This document shows positions 13,996 to 27,832 of a stretch of 64,000 nt of DNA, in pieces. Location: NCBI RefSeq assembly GCF_963921235.1, contig NC_086108.1:14322001-14386000 (forward strand), in the 5' to 3' direction. A program made the position numbers and the translations under genes. The stretch's first letter is position 1. Each line of letters opens with the position of its first letter. Below the pieces are notes generated by a model. The model had not been told where the DNA came from. It ran no database searches and worked only from the letters and a program-made list of their open reading frames with translations. This DNA comes from Mobula hypostoma. Its lineage: Eukaryota.

Positions 13996-15534
13996 AACTA
14001 GTGAGTATCAAAATAAATGAATGTTGAGTATTGAAGTTGGGCTGTTATGTTTTAAGATGCTGGAGGAGCCTGATTTGGGATGGTGTTCATTTATAGTCAC
14101 CCTGCTATAGGAAAGATGAGTTCAACTTGAAATTTGATAGGGAGAAAGTATGATGTAGCAGTATTTCAGTGGAGTAGGGGAAATTACAGCGGTATTGGAG
14201 AGGAGTTGGCCAAAGTAAATTGGAAGGAGCTGCTGGCAGGGATGTCAGCAGAGCAGCAATGGCGTGCGTTTCTGGGAAAAATGAGGAAAGTGCAAGACAT
14301 ATGTATTCCAAAAATGAAGAAATGCTCAAATGGTAAAATGGTACAACCATGACATAACTAACAAGAGAAGTCAAAGCTATTGTAAAAACAAAAGAAAGGG
14401 CATAAAACAAAGCAAAAATTCATGGGAAGATAGAGGATTGGGAAGTTTTTAAAAACCTAGAGAGCAACCAAAAAAATCATTAGAAGGGAAAAGATGAAAT
14501 ATGAAAGCAAGCTAGCAATTAATATCAAGGGATAGTAAAAGTTTTTTCAAGTGTGTTAAAAATAAAAGAGAAATGAGAGTGGACATAGGACCGCTTGTTT
14601 GGTAGATACATGAGAGTGAATGTGATGGGAGCTATAGTGGACGAATGGTTTTCATTAGTGCTGTACAAATAGATGATGAGGTAATGCCAGTCGCTGGGCA
14701 GGAGCTCAGTGCTCACTGTTAATCTAGCCAGGATCATTGCCAGGAAGCTTTGAGGCACATAGTGTTTGAGAATCATGGCCTTTACTAAGCACAGATAAAT
14801 TCCCTCTCATCTCTGTTTTGAGCTCAGTATATTGCAGTCATTCAAATGTCACGTCGCCCTGGCAGCCTACAATTCTTGTGGCTGATTGCCATGGAGATTT
14901 CTTGGCTGCCAGGTAACCGTTCAATTACTTTGTTCTCATCTTTAGTGTGAAAACTCTGCTAAACCTTTATGTCAAAGCAAGATAATAAAAATCAAACAAG
15001 GAAGTCACTCCAGCCCACAATGTCTGCCTGGTCCAGTCAAACTCTCCATTTAGTCCAAATCCCCTGTTATGGCTGCTCAATTCTTCCTTTTCTGCATATG
15101 TAACCAGTAATAGTGCTAGAGAAATCAAAATGAGTATGTTGACGAGATACTAAATGGGAGGGAATTAGATAAATATAAAAGAAACAATAGAGAAAAGGAA
15201 GGATTTAAAAGGGAACCAAGATGGAATGAAGCCACTTGATAAATTGACACAAAATATATTCAGCATTCTGAGCTTTTTTTATTGGGACACCATGAGCAAA
15301 AGCCTTGTATTCCCTTCATGTAGTGCTTATCAGTTTGGCACATTGGTAATGCCATCTGTTATGTATCTAATTCTGAGCCTGAACATAGATTCTTAGGCAC
15401 AGACTTTAGTCTGGCATATGTCTGGGAAACACCTCGCTCGCTGGCAGTCTGTGAAGATGGCCAGGTGTTTGGAGTTCAGTCACGGGCCCTGCCTCTGCTA
15501 TCATTTTTTTCATTCCACTTTCAACGTTTGGTTA

Positions 15535-16030
15535 GTAGTAGTAGGCACCCGTCGATCCAGGGGATCATGGGTTTGCGCCTCTGGTGGACAGTGTCTTCTC
15601 TAGGGCGCAAGCCTGGGCAGGAAGATTGCCCGTGCAGCGGGTTCCCCCTCTCCATGTCACTGACATTGTCTAAGGGAAGGACAAGCACCGATACAGCTTG
15701 GCACCAGTGTCGTCACAGAGGTTGCCAGAGTGAAATTGTGAACAACATCAAACTGCCTTAGGGACCCTCGGGCTTTACTCCTGAAGCCTTTCCCATGGGT
15801 GGGTATGGCCGCAAAGCAGCCGGAGTTTAAAATCAGAGCTTTCCTTCTCCTAGGTGTGCTGTGTTCAAGGCTGATGAACCCCACCTGCCCAAAGCAACAG
15901 GTCTAGAGGCGCCAGGTGGTCTGCCTTTGCTCCTTCTCTTGTCAGTAGAAACAATTCCTCTGGGCTAGTAGCTAAGCCACACATGAAGGCCAAGAGTTGG
16001 GCCCGGTTGTTAGAGTCGTACGCCATGTTC
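15535..16030 (-). mobile_element. Short interspersed element, probably RTE-related (related copy at 58890-59230)
   Basis: Shared blocks TTTGCGCC, GCCTGGGCAG, CCCCTCTCCA and ATACAGCTTGGCACC between the two loci. Confidence 0.55.
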
Positions 16031-17622
16031 AGTTAGTGCTAGTAGAATCACATTTACAACCCGCATTAGTTACCCTTGAGAAAGTAGTGGTGACCTACTG
16101 TAGTCCTTCTGCTGAAGGTACCATCGTTAGGGAAATCAAAGCTGTTAAGGTTCAGCTGAGTAGCTTGCTGGATCATCTCAGAATCTACCACATGAGACTT
16201 GTATAGACCAGAGAAGGACAGCATATTTCATCCTCTGAGTAAATAACAGAGTTATAAACCATGTCAAACAGGCCCTTTGATCCAACTCACCCATGCCAAC
16301 CAAGTCATCTCCCTCATCTAGTCCCACTTACTTGTGTTTGACCCACATCCCTCTCAACCATTCATACTAACAAGTCTGTAAAAATGTCTTTTAAACATTG
16401 TAATTGTCCTTGCATCTACCCTTATACTGTCAGCTCGTTCCACATACCCACTTGTCCCTCAAGTCTTCCTTCACCTTAAACCTGTAGTTTAAGACTCATC
16501 TACCCTGGGTAAAAGACTATGACCATCCACCTTATTTATGTCCTCATGATTTTATAATGAGAGAAGTTACTCCTCAGCCGTCTTTCACCCATGGTAAGGA
16601 CTCCCAGCCAAATGGTGGGCAGACTCTACACTGATATGGACTTCGTAACAGCAGACTGCCTGGAATAGGTGAGAACTCCTCTGATGTGAAATCTGGCAGA
16701 CAGTTTTTAACAGAAGGATGGCTCTCGTTTAGAAGAGCACCAGGACTAACGATCCGGAGTCAGGCTCCAGCTCATCGCCAACCAAATCGAACAGTGTAAG
16801 CTGTCAATGTTCATCCAAACTGGGCCGAGTTTTATTTTCAGACGGGGGGAGGGTTAACAAGAATTCTCCAATAAATTTGTAGTTGGATATTTTGAATAGG
16901 TTACAGCAGGAGATGCTGTAAGTTCTGTATTGGGGTGAACAAACAGTGTCTGAGGTCAGACATAAACACAAAAATTGAGCAAGTGCACGAGGCTAAACTG
17001 ACAGAGGGAGAGAAAAACAACCAGGAGCCACACAGTGACAAATGGCAAAGATAATCTTTCTAAGGAGCTTCAAAAACTGAAAAGGCCCTGGGGAAATTTT
17101 CAAAAGCCTCGTCAATATTTAACACTCTGTGATTAATGTGACGACCGAGGAGAGTGATGAGGTTCGGGTTTATAAAAATAAATTGCTCTAAGAATCCTTC
17201 AATCTGACATGTCCCTCAGGGTAAAGCAACATTAAATAAAAACAGAGGATGTCTTTGTGTTCGTGTGAAGTGGAGAGTGAGCTGATGTGAAAGGCATTGT
17301 CTCTCAGAATCAAACGGGGTTAATAAACAATCCAGTTTGTGCTGATCAGCCGTCCTTCCAGGAAAATGGCTGTTGCAGTTTCAGATTCATTAGGCCCTCT
17401 GCCCCTAACTTGTATGCACAGCCCTGTGTCCCTTTCTACTGACAGCACTGTCACCAACCCTGACCACATCATGTCTCCACTTCTCATCATAACTCTCATT
17501 CATTTCTCTGGTCCTCATCTTTGCGGCTGATGAGGACTTCACTCGGAGTATTGTGTTCGATTCTAGTCACTGCATTAGACAAGTACATAGAGAAGTTCAA
17601 CAGGATGTTGCCTGGATTAGAG

Positions 17623-18393
17623 CAGGGCTCCACAACCTTTTTTGCACCGCGGACCGGTTTAATATTGACAATATTCTTGCGGACCGGCTGACTGTGGGGG
17701 GGGGGGGGGTGTTCAAGTAGGGTTAAACTCACCTCAACATGTCTTTTACAGTTAGAGTTGCCAACTTTTTCACTCCCAAATAAGGGACAAAAGTAACAGT
17801 CAAATACGGGACACTTGTGTTTACCCCAAGAAAGACTACAATGACCATGAAGCCTTGCACGGGCACCTGTGTGCGCATGCATGACGTGTGCGTACGTGTA
17901 CATGCTGGGTTTTTTTTCCCACAAATCGGTTTTGGCTTAATCTTCCCAACTACACTGTACATACATTATTTCTACCTTATATAGGCTGTGTATTTATCAT
18001 ATCATTCCTGCTTTTACTATATGTTAGTGTTATTTTAGGTTTTATATGTTATTTGGTATGATTTGTTAGCTTATTTTTTGGGTCTGGGAATGCTCAAAAG
18101 TTTTTCCCATATTAATAAATGGTAATTGCTTCTTTGCTTTATGCCATTTCGGCACAAAAGGTTTCATAGGAACGCTCTACCTTAGTGGGGGAAATACGGG
18201 ACCGCCCTTGGTCCCGTATGGGACAAACCATTCCCGGCAAATACGGGACAGTTGGCAACCCTATGTTCAAGTTCAATGGTGCATGACAGGGAATGAGGAA
18301 AGGTGCAGCTGACTCATATCGTTTCCTTGCAGCCCAGTAGCACATGCTTTGTGGCCTGGTACCGGTCCGCGGCCCAATGGTTGGGGACCACTG
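17623..18393. mobile_element. hAT (Charlie-like) MITE containing a nested hAT-type element (17718-18263)
   Basis: Outer TSD GATTAGAG (17615, 18394) with TIRs like the 8005 element; inner TSD TGTTCAAG (17710, 18264) with TAGGGTT/AACCCTA ends. Confidence 0.88.
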
Positions 18394-19329
18394 GATTAGA
18401 GGGCATGTGCTAGAAGAAGAGGATAGACAGCTGTGTGTTGTTTTCTCTGGAGCAGCAGAGGCTGAGGGGAGACATGATAGAAGTTTATAAAATAATGAGA
18501 GGCATAGATAGGGTAGACATTCAGAGTTATATTCCCAGATGAGAGGGGGAAACTTTAAAGGTGATTTACAAGGCAAAGTTTTACCCAGAGGGTGTCAAGA
18601 ACAAGCTTCCAGGAGAGGTGGTGAACGCAGGTGTAATAGTAGTGTTTAAGAGGCATTTAGACAGGAACATGAATATGCAGGTAATGAAGGGATCGAAATC
18701 ATATGTAAGCAGGTGGGATTTATTAAAATTGGCATTGTGGTCAGCACAGATTTACTGGGCCGAAGGGCTTGTTCCTGTGCTGTACTGTTCTGTGCTCTTT
18801 ATTGCAGACCCTCTACTCAACATATTCCTCAATCCTACTCACCCACCTTGACGGGTTTTTCAGTTCCACCATCTGATCTCCTCTCCTTGCTTTAAATCTC
18901 ACTCCCTCACCATAACACTCCTTTGCCAAGAGCACGTCTTTGCGCATTTATCAGCCTCAGCATCCTGCGTAGGAACCTTTTTATTTCATTTCTTAATCCC
19001 AAGTAACACCTTGGCCTCATAGATCCAGAGATCCAGGTTCAATCTCAACCTTCCATGCTGTCTGTGTGGAGTTTGCACGTTCTCCCTGTGGCTTCATGGG
19101 TTTCCTTTGTGCTCCAGTTTCCTCCCAAATTCCAAAGAAGTGGGAGTTGGTAGTTAATTGGTCATTTAAACTGACCCTAGGGCACAGATGAGTGAAGATG
19201 GGGTGAAAATAAAACGGTTTCAATGTTAATAAGTATTCGGTGGGGTGAAGGGCCTGTTTCAGTGTTCTGACCCAATCAATCCCGGAAACCCATCTACCCA
19301 ATCTTGCATTGTGTCCCACATCACTGATA

Positions 19330-21660
19330 CCTTTCTCACTGTGTACCTTTGACTAGCATCATCTTGTAACCTTAGCATGCCCTCCATGGGTAAACACCGA
19401 TGACCTATCATCTCATTCAAACTCTCAATCAGACCTACACACCAGCTCACCATATCCCTCAGCTCTACCAGCTGTCGTGTTGTCATGCTTTGTTTACTTG
19501 AATGCTGTTTCTCATCTTTCTGACCTTTCACACTTGGCTCCTGTCTGTAACAATGCATTAAATGTGGCAATGTTTGGGAGAAACCGGTGGTAGTAGTTTA
19601 CAAGGCCCAAGTATGACCTGAGTTGTGACATATTTTATGGTTTGGGTGCTTCAGTCTTCTCTTGTTCCATGCTTGTCAATGACATGTCCACAATATGAGA
19701 TTTCATTGTTGAAAAACTCACACTTTTCTCTCTTTGCATGCAGTCCATACTCACGCAGCCTGGTAAGCACTTTACTGAGGTTCTGGAGGTGTTCTTCATC
19801 GATTTTGCCAGTCACGATTAAGTCATCAGGGTAACATTGTGCTCCTGAGATTATCTTGGAGCACTTAGTCCATTGCTCTTTGCCAAGTTGCTGGAGCCTG
19901 ATGCGATTGTGAGGAACTTCCTGATTGACTCCTCAATCTCCATTTACAGATAGGCTTGTGAGAAGTCAATCTTTGAAAACCTCTCCCCACCTGCCAAGGA
20001 TGCAAAAATCTACTCATGGCAGGGAATGTACGCAGCACAGGGTTGCTGCTCACCTTGAAGTACCTGCATATGCAAGCAGCTCCGCCCTTCCCTTTATTGA
20101 TCACCGTGGCCCAGTCATTCCACTCAACCGTGGAGAGAATGCCAGACACCGCCAAGCTCTGAAGTTCAGCATCCACTTTAAGACACTGGACGCACTCTAT
20201 GGACTCTTGGTGTTGCTGCTTTATCCAGTTCAGTTCTGGCCTTCATGCCTTTGAGTTTACCAGTCCCCTTCTCAAATACCTCTCATTAGCATTAAGCAGC
20301 TGTGACCGTCTCTGGTTAGTTGTTATTGTTTGGACTGCAGTTGCCTGTTGATGATACATTGAGAGCTTTGATTATGTGCCATTCTCAACCATTCTCGTCA
20401 GAAAAGTGCTGGCCTTCCGCAGTAAGCTTTTGGGAAATGCTTTTTTTGCCTGTGTAGGTCTTCAGCATCACTGAGGTCTTTTCTAAAGGTAGCTCAGGAA
20501 ACGTTCTGTTGTAGTCGGCCTCTGAAATTAAAGGCCGACCCTGTATCCAGTTCCATTTTCAGTTTTACACCAGACTCTATATTGTAATCCATATGATTCT
20601 GTGATCCGCTTCAGTAATGCAATGCAGTTCTAGGCACGACAGCTCATGTTTGTCAGACTTTGTGACCATCTCACATTTGGTCACTTTGTGCATTTGTTTA
20701 GTTTTGTATTTGAAACTTTTCACTCTGTGTGGTTTTTCTCCTTGGTTGTGATTTTTGTCTGACTTGCACATTCTCTCTTTGTGATCTTGTCTGTGACACT
20801 TTCTGCAAACTTTTTCTTTGAACCAACAGTTATTTGCATAATGGGAGGATTTGCCACATCGATGACATTTTTGGTTTCCTGAACTATTCAGGGACATGTT
20901 GTGCATTTCACATTCTAAGCTCTTTTTCTGAGGTTCTGATGCAACCATTTCTGCCGTCTCCAATGATACTGCAATGGTCAATACTCATTCTAAGGTTAGG
21001 TCGCTTTCTGCCAGTAGCCTCTTTTGAGTACTTTGACTATGTGTGCCACATACAAGCCTGTCCCTTAACACATCAGAAAGTCCATCTGTGAAGTCACAGT
21101 ACTGGGAAAGTTTGCGTAGTTCTGCAATGCATTCAGAAGTGCTTTCATCCTTTGGCTGGTTCCTTTTGTTAAATCTAAATCTCTCAACTATAACTAGTGG
21201 TTTAAGTGATACTGTAAAATTGTAACAATTTCATCGAATGTCTTGCTTGCTAGCTTTGCAGGAGTTGTGTAAAAGCCTGTATATCTTAGCACCCATTAGA
21301 CTCAGAAGCATGGAAAATTTATTTACCTCATGCACGTGGTTCATGTTACAGTACAGTTCAACCCCCTCTATATACAATTCTCAGTCCTCATTAGCACTAT
21401 CAAATTCATCGACTTTCCTGACTAAGGGCCATCGTCACTTTATTTTCACATTTTGTTAGTTGTGCGTCTTTCACTATGCAGTTACTCACACGTCCCTTCA
21501 TTAGCATCTATGACCGCCTTCTCCATACTGTTTAACTCTGTCCTCTCGCAGTCCCTCTTCTTCCTCTGAAGTCTGTCAACTCGTAACAGTCAGTGCAGTT
21601 GGTGATACTCACTGACATTCAGGTTCGTACTCGGCACCAATTTGTTGTGCCTGTACAACT
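19330..21660 (-). mobile_element. Decayed Gypsy LTR retrotransposon
   Basis: Two CCHC knuckles (CHRCGKSSHYANNC, CRKCHRQDHKERMC), protease MELDTG (~20545-20560), RT remnants and PBS-like TGGTGCCGAG (21630-21639). Confidence 0.85.
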
Positions 21661-21784
21661 ACATTTCAATTAAATAAAAGCATGCACATGATTAATTGAC
21701 TGTTTGGATTCAGACCTGGCTTGTCCATGGAGGACAGAGGGTAGTGGTCAAAGGGACTTATTCTAGCTGGATGTCTGTCATTGA

Positions 21785-23815
21785 ACGTCCCCTCTATTTT
21801 TTTTATTAATACACCATTGCTCTGAGCAGAAAATTTTTACACGGCCAGAAATCTACACAGCACTTAAAATTTTTTTTTGTTAAATGAATACTATGAAAAT
21901 TTAGAATGTAAATTTAAAAATCATGTCCTTTTGATTTTATTTATTAATTGAAGGGTATAATGGAGTACAGTACAATATAGAAAATCTGTCATGTTTTGTA
22001 AACTTTTTCTCACCTGTCTTTATTATAAATCCATTGTCTATAAACACTGTCCAGATCAATTTTGCATCCACATCTTAATCCTCATTAGATTATCCAAATG
22101 TTCGACTTCTGTCTCTTTTTGGATTTACATGTGATTGAATTCACAAGACTGAATCCATGTTCACAGTCAGCATTAAAAGTTTCAAATGTTTCAATGATGC
22201 CAAGAAGGATTGACAGTTCTTCAAATTCTTCATTTCTAAGCATGTAGTTCAACATATCATTGAAAGTCTTAATTGCAACAGTCTTAACTTTTTCCAGAAA
22301 TGACAAATTTTGAAATCTTGATATTGTGATCATTTTGAGGTGACATTTTGTTTTTGTTCATAATAGTAGATGAATATTTTTTGTTGGTGTTCAGTAGGTC
22401 AGCAGTTTATTAACAACTAGACAACGGGGTGACCCGCTGGGGCACCCTTTGAGAGAAGGGTAGTGCAGTCTGATGTGACCAGAATGAACATTAAATTTTC
22501 CTGAATTCTATTGGTATTGCTTTGCTTTGGAAACTGAAGTAGAAAACCTCAGTTTATTAAAGAAGAACGACGTGTAGCAAAGCAAATATAGCTCCTCCTC
22601 ATTTAACGAAGGACACTTTTGATGGCATTATTTCTGGTTTATCTGCCACCCTCGTGCCTCTCGTTGTCATTCTGGAGACATGCAGCCCTTTCATCCCCCG
22701 TCTCTCATCTCTTCTGCTGTTTGTTGTTTGTCTCTGATCCTGGAGTATGCTTCTCCTTCTCTGTCTCTTCTTCTCTCATCACTTTTTGTCCTGACTCATT
22801 GATCCTGGAGTCGTGCGGCCCTGGCCTCATCCGATTCTTGTTCTCTTCCTCTCCTTGCCGCTTCCCAACGACGTTTGGCGTTATCTCTTGACCATACTGT
22901 CCCCCTTTCCTTTCCACGTGGCAGAATTAGGCTGACCATTTTTTTTTACCCTAATGCTGGATAGAAGATACGAAGCAGTAACACCAAAGGATGCTGATTA
23001 TTCTTGATGATGTGGTTGGCGCTCTCCTAAATGGACGTGATATAGTCACTGCTGTCCTTTGACTGCAGTAAAGGGTCTTATGGGTGTCTCGAAGTACATC
23101 ATTACAATAAGATTTAATTATCTCTTATTGATGGGTGGCAGTTAGAGCTGTCCCAATCCTGCACATGCTGATGGTGATTAGTTGAATGTGAGCCCTCGAA
23201 ATACAGCTGCCCTGCCCTTTTGCTCCAGTAGGTGTTGCTGCTGAGGCTGGCCGTGCGCATGCGTTGGGCTGTCGTGTCCCGATTTCCATGATGGCAGATC
23301 GGGTCTCGGGTGAAAGCCAGCCTGTTGATTTTTGGCGAATGAGCAATTTTATACGAATACATAACCCTGAACTTTGCCTGCATTGTGTAAGTTAGCGCAT
23401 TTTAATTTGATTTAGCCAAAAAAGGTGCCGCTGTAATGCACCGTGTGCGCTAATTGGAGGTCAGAGACAGAGCATGAGAGTTTTAGTAGCATATAGATAA
23501 ATTGCCAACTTCCATTCTGTGTTTATTGTTACAACTTGTAAGTGTTGTAATTTGGAACACTGATAATGTAAGTACATTGAAGCTCCAAAATGTTTCAAAG
23601 TAAAGGTTGTGGTATGTTTATTATTTAGAAAACTCATGGATTATATTAATTAATACGTAATTACAGAGTATTTCACAACTATATTAACAGAGATTTCAAA
23701 ATTACATTAACGTTATATCAAAGAAAATTCCAGCTGTGTGGCAACGAAGGCTATGTGCACAGAAGCATTTCAGTTACTGCGCGGCCGCATACCCATGCAA
23801 CTTAGAGAGAATGGC
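21785..23815 (-). mobile_element. Internally deleted hAT transposon (ZNF862-like transposase family) inserted in a CR1
   Basis: Dimerization-domain remnant NADCEHGFSLVNSI (22085-22333); degenerate CCCTCTA/TTAGAGAG termini; the CR1 continues on both sides. Confidence 0.65.
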
Positions 23816-23817
23816 GT

Positions 23818-24685
23818 TAGTGGTCCGCAGGGACCTGTACTGGCACCTCTGTTGTTTGTGTTGTGTATATATAACCTGGTTTAAAATGTAGATGCTTGGA
23901 TTAGTAAATTTGCAGATGATATGAAGATTGCTGGTGTTGTGGATTGTGTAGAAGACTGGCAAAGGATACAATGTGATAAAGACACAGTTGCAGTTAATGG
24001 CAGTGAAATGGCAGATGTAGTTTAACACAGCCAAGTCTGTAGTGTTGCATCTTGGTAGGTCAAATGTGAAGAGACAGTACATTGTTCAGACTCCTAATAG
24101 TGTTGATGAGCAGAAGGATCTTGAGGTCCAAGTTCTTAGCTCCCTGAGAGTGGCTGCAAAGGTGGACAGGGTGGTCAGGAAGGCAGATGGCATGCTTGCC
24201 TTTACTAGTCAGGAAGTTAGCTTTATAAAACTCTAGTATGGCCAATTCTGGAGTGTTGGTCCATTATAGGAAGGATGTCCAGGCTTTGGAGGGTGTGCAG
24301 AAAAGGTTTACCAGGATGTTGCCTGGATTAAAGGGCATGTGGTATAATGAGAGATTGGACAAACTCGGGTTATTTTCTCTGGAGCGGCAGAGGCTAAGGG
24401 GAGATCTGATTGAGGTTCGTAAGGTTATGAGAGGCATCGGTGGAGTAGGCAAAGAATACGTTTTCCAAGGCTTGAAATAGCTAATACCAGAGAGCATGCA
24501 TTGAAGGTGAGAGGTGGTAATTTCAAAGGAGACACGAAGAGCAAGTTTTTTCTAATGCAGAGTGTGTTGGGTGCCTGGAATGCGCTGCCTGTGTTGGTGG
24601 TAGATGCGGAAACATTAGGGACTTTTAAGGGACATTTGGATAGACACGTGACTGTGAGGAAAAGGGAGGGATATGGACATTGTGT
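23818..24685 (+). mobile_element. CR1-type LINE RT 3' fragment
   Basis: KFADDMK and RLRGDLIE motifs. Confidence 0.85.
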
Positions 24686-25564
24686 TACATTGTTGTACCT
24701 CATGTCCTGTGAGTGTGGAGTATCTCTTTAAAGCTAACAGGTTGCTGCTCAATGTTTGGCAGTGGTGTCTGCAAAATGCAGGCAGAATTGTGTTTCTCCA
24801 CACTCAGAGGTTGAGCTCATAGCCATCATCAGTGCTTTCACTGCAGTTAGCACCCGGTTAGTTTCTTGTCACCAGCTTGATGGTCAGTTTATGTTCAGGC
24901 TATTTCAAAAGTGACTAGTGTCCCTCATTTTGTGGGTTCTTCAAGTTTGTCATCCCCTGTACTTCACTCAAGTCTGGCCTTTTAATGAAACATTCATGAC
25001 TAGTGGAAGGAAATCATTGAAAATAGAACAGAACACTACAGCACAGGGGCTGGCCCTTCAGGGAGGAGGTGGTGTACATATAAGTTGTTCTTTGAAAACA
25101 AGACAGTCTAAAAAAAGAACTGAGGACCTCAAGCTTTATAAATTGAGGCTCAGAAGAGCAATTAAGTTGGGATGAGTCCGATGTAAAACATTGGTTGAAC
25201 CACAGCTCAGGTATCATAAGTAATAGGACAGGACAGCACAGGAAAAGGCCCCCTTGGCCCACAATGCCAATTTAAATTAGTCTTCTGCCAGTCCCTCCAG
25301 TTCCTCCCTATTCATCTATCTGTCTCAATGCATCTTAAACATTGTTCCACCACCAGTCCTGGCAGCATATTCCAAGCCCCTCGACCGTCTACGTCAAACA
25401 ACACCGACCTGCCTCATCTCCTATGAACACCCCCCCTCCCCAAGTTAAGCTTATCCCTTCTAGATTTGACATTTATCGCCCTGTGAACCTCCCCTGCCAA
25501 TGTCATTTTTCACCCTGGGAGAAAGGATCTGACTATCTCCCCTGTCTATGCCACTCATAGTTTC

Positions 25565-26365
25565 AAAGATTTCGAAAGTACCTTTAATGTCAGAGAGATG
25601 TATACAATGTACATCCTGAAATGCTTTTTCTTCACAACCATCCAGGAAAACAGAGGAGTGTCCCAAAAAATGAATGACGGTTAAATGTTAGAACCCCAAA
25701 GTACCCCCCAGCTCCCCTCCTTCCCGTGCGTAAGCGGCAACAAGCAACGATCCCCCTTCCCCCCACAGGCAGAAAAAGCATCAGCATCCGTCACCAAGCA
25801 CTCAAGCATGCAGCAAAGGCAACAGTAAAGACCCAGACTTGCAGTACTCCAAAGACTACATGTTCACCCAGTATTTGACATACCACGGGTTCTCTCTCTC
25901 CCTAATAAGGGAAAAGGAGATGTCTCTGTTTCATAGTGAGAGGGGAGACATAACAAACAACTCGCTGGTTTATGATGTTAAAAGTCCGTTGCGTCGCTTT
26001 TTCTGAGCTCTGCCCAAAGATCTCAGGTCTCTTGGCACACAGCCAAAGATCTTCCAGCTCCGACCACACACCGATCCGGGACATCGACCTTCAATCCACC
26101 TGTCTCCAGAGCCTCAGATCCTAGGCCTCCAAAGGAAAGATGAACACTTCGGCCGCGCCCTTGGCACGTCGGATAATGGCCGGTCATGACACCCCTAGAG
26201 TGGGTCCCATTCCCGCAAAGAACCGAAGTCAGCGTGTAGCTCCAGGTCAGAGTCTTCAAAAGAACCCTGAAAGGGATAAATAAAGATTGTGAAAATGGAA
26301 GTAGAGCTGTTTCCGAAGATGCAAGCAAGGGAGTTGCCGTTGACAAAGCTCCGCTCTCCGACAAT
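25565..26365 (-). mobile_element. LINE 3' UTR-type repeat (second copy at 44805-45482, + strand)
   Basis: Reverse-complement similarity between the two loci, ending in a TTTGAA-type tail. Confidence 0.65.
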
Positions 26366-26442
26366 TTCATAGTTCATGAAATTTTGATCTGGTATCTGGG
26401 AAGCCTCGACCCTCAGAGAAAACAACCCAAGTTTATCTAACC

Positions 26443-26522
26443 CAGAGGTTCCCAACCTTTTTTATGCCATGGACCCCTATTACTAACTGAGGGGTCAATG
26501 GAGTCCAGATTCGCAACCCCTG
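26443..26522. mobile_element. 80-bp hAT MITE
   Basis: CAGAGGTTCCCAACC...GCAACCCCTG termini; degenerate 8-bp TSD ATCTAACC/GTCTGACC. Confidence 0.6.
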
Positions 26523-26929
26523 GTCTGACCTCTCATTATAGTATGTGTCCTCTAATTCAGGCAGCATCCTGGTTAACCTCTTCTGCACCCTTACTAAAGC
26601 CTCTATATCCTTCCTGTAATGGAGTGACTAGAATTGAATGCAATATTCCAGATGCAGCGTAACCAGAGGTTTATGAAGTTGCAACAACTTCCCGAATCCT
26701 GAAAGCAATGACTTGACTAATAAAGGCTGTCATGCCAAAAGCCTTCTTCGCCATCTTGTCAACATGTGTAACTGCTTTTAATGAGCTATGGATTTGGACC
26801 TTTAAAATTCCTCTGTATGCCAACACTGTTAATGTCTTGCCACTGTCCATTTGATTTCCCAAAGTGCAATACATCACACTACATCTCAAAGTTCAAAGTA
26901 ACTTTGTTATCAAAGTGTGTGTGTATATA

Positions 26930-27753
26930 CAGGTGCACATTCCTTTATCTGAAATTCTGAAATCCAAAAAGCTCTGAAAACCAAAGTTTTTTTTTGCCAA
27001 CAGCTGACGTCACTCAGGTGTGACGTGGCAGCACTGACAGAGGCCGCCAGACATCAGTTGTGGCTCAGAGCTCGTACTGGTTACACGTGCATTTGCTGTT
27101 CGCTGATATTTTGTGTTCACTGTTGAATTTGTGTTTAAGTTCACTGATGTCAAAAAGAGCTGCAGATACCCCTATGGGTAACAATGAGAAAAAGAGAAGG
27201 AAGCATCTGTTTCATTATCAATAATGCAGAAAGTGGAGTTATTGGAGAAGCTTGCTCTGTGTAAGTGTCTGTGCAGCGTCTTACTGAAGAAAATAGTGTC
27301 AGAACTACCACTGTACATGATTTAAATAAACAAAGACAAGTTACTGAAATTTTATAGTGACAGTAACAGTGACATTCTATATTTATTCCAATAAGTCGTT
27401 TACCATGTGTTTGATTGGGTTCATTTGAAGCTGTATATTTTTATGTTTTATTGAATGTTTTTGTTGGAAATAAAATTTCTTGTCATTATTCCCTAAAAAA
27501 TACAGTATAACAATTATTTACATAGCATTTACATTGTATTAGGTATTATAAGTAATCTAGAGATGATTTAAAGTTTAGGGGAGGATGTGCGTAGGTTTGG
27601 TGCGCCACTGGGTCCTAAACTCAACGGCACTGAAACAGGTTAAATAAGGGACTTGAGCATATGTGTTTTTTGGTATCGGAGGAGTGGGGGTCTGAAATCC
27701 TAAATGCAACTGGCCTGAAGAATTTTGAATAAGGGGATAAGGGATTGTGGACC

Positions 27754-27755
<2 letters not shown>
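26930..27755 (+). mobile_element. Tigger/pogo-like non-autonomous transposon
   Basis: TIRs CAGGTGCACATTCCTTTATC / GATAAGGGATTGTGGACCTG, TA flanks and an N-terminal HTH remnant (MSKRAADTPMGNNEKKRRKH...QKVELLEKL). Confidence 0.85.
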
Positions 27756-27800
<45 letters not shown>

Positions 27801-27832
27801 GTATATATATATATATATATACACACACACAT
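27756..27832. repeat. (TG)n(TA)n(CA)n microsatellite
   Basis: Directly visible in the sequence. Confidence 0.95.

Noticed and set aside
22085..22333. Domesticated ZNF862/ZBED-type gene
   Set aside because: Fragmentary, bounded by TIR-like ends and inserted within a CR1.
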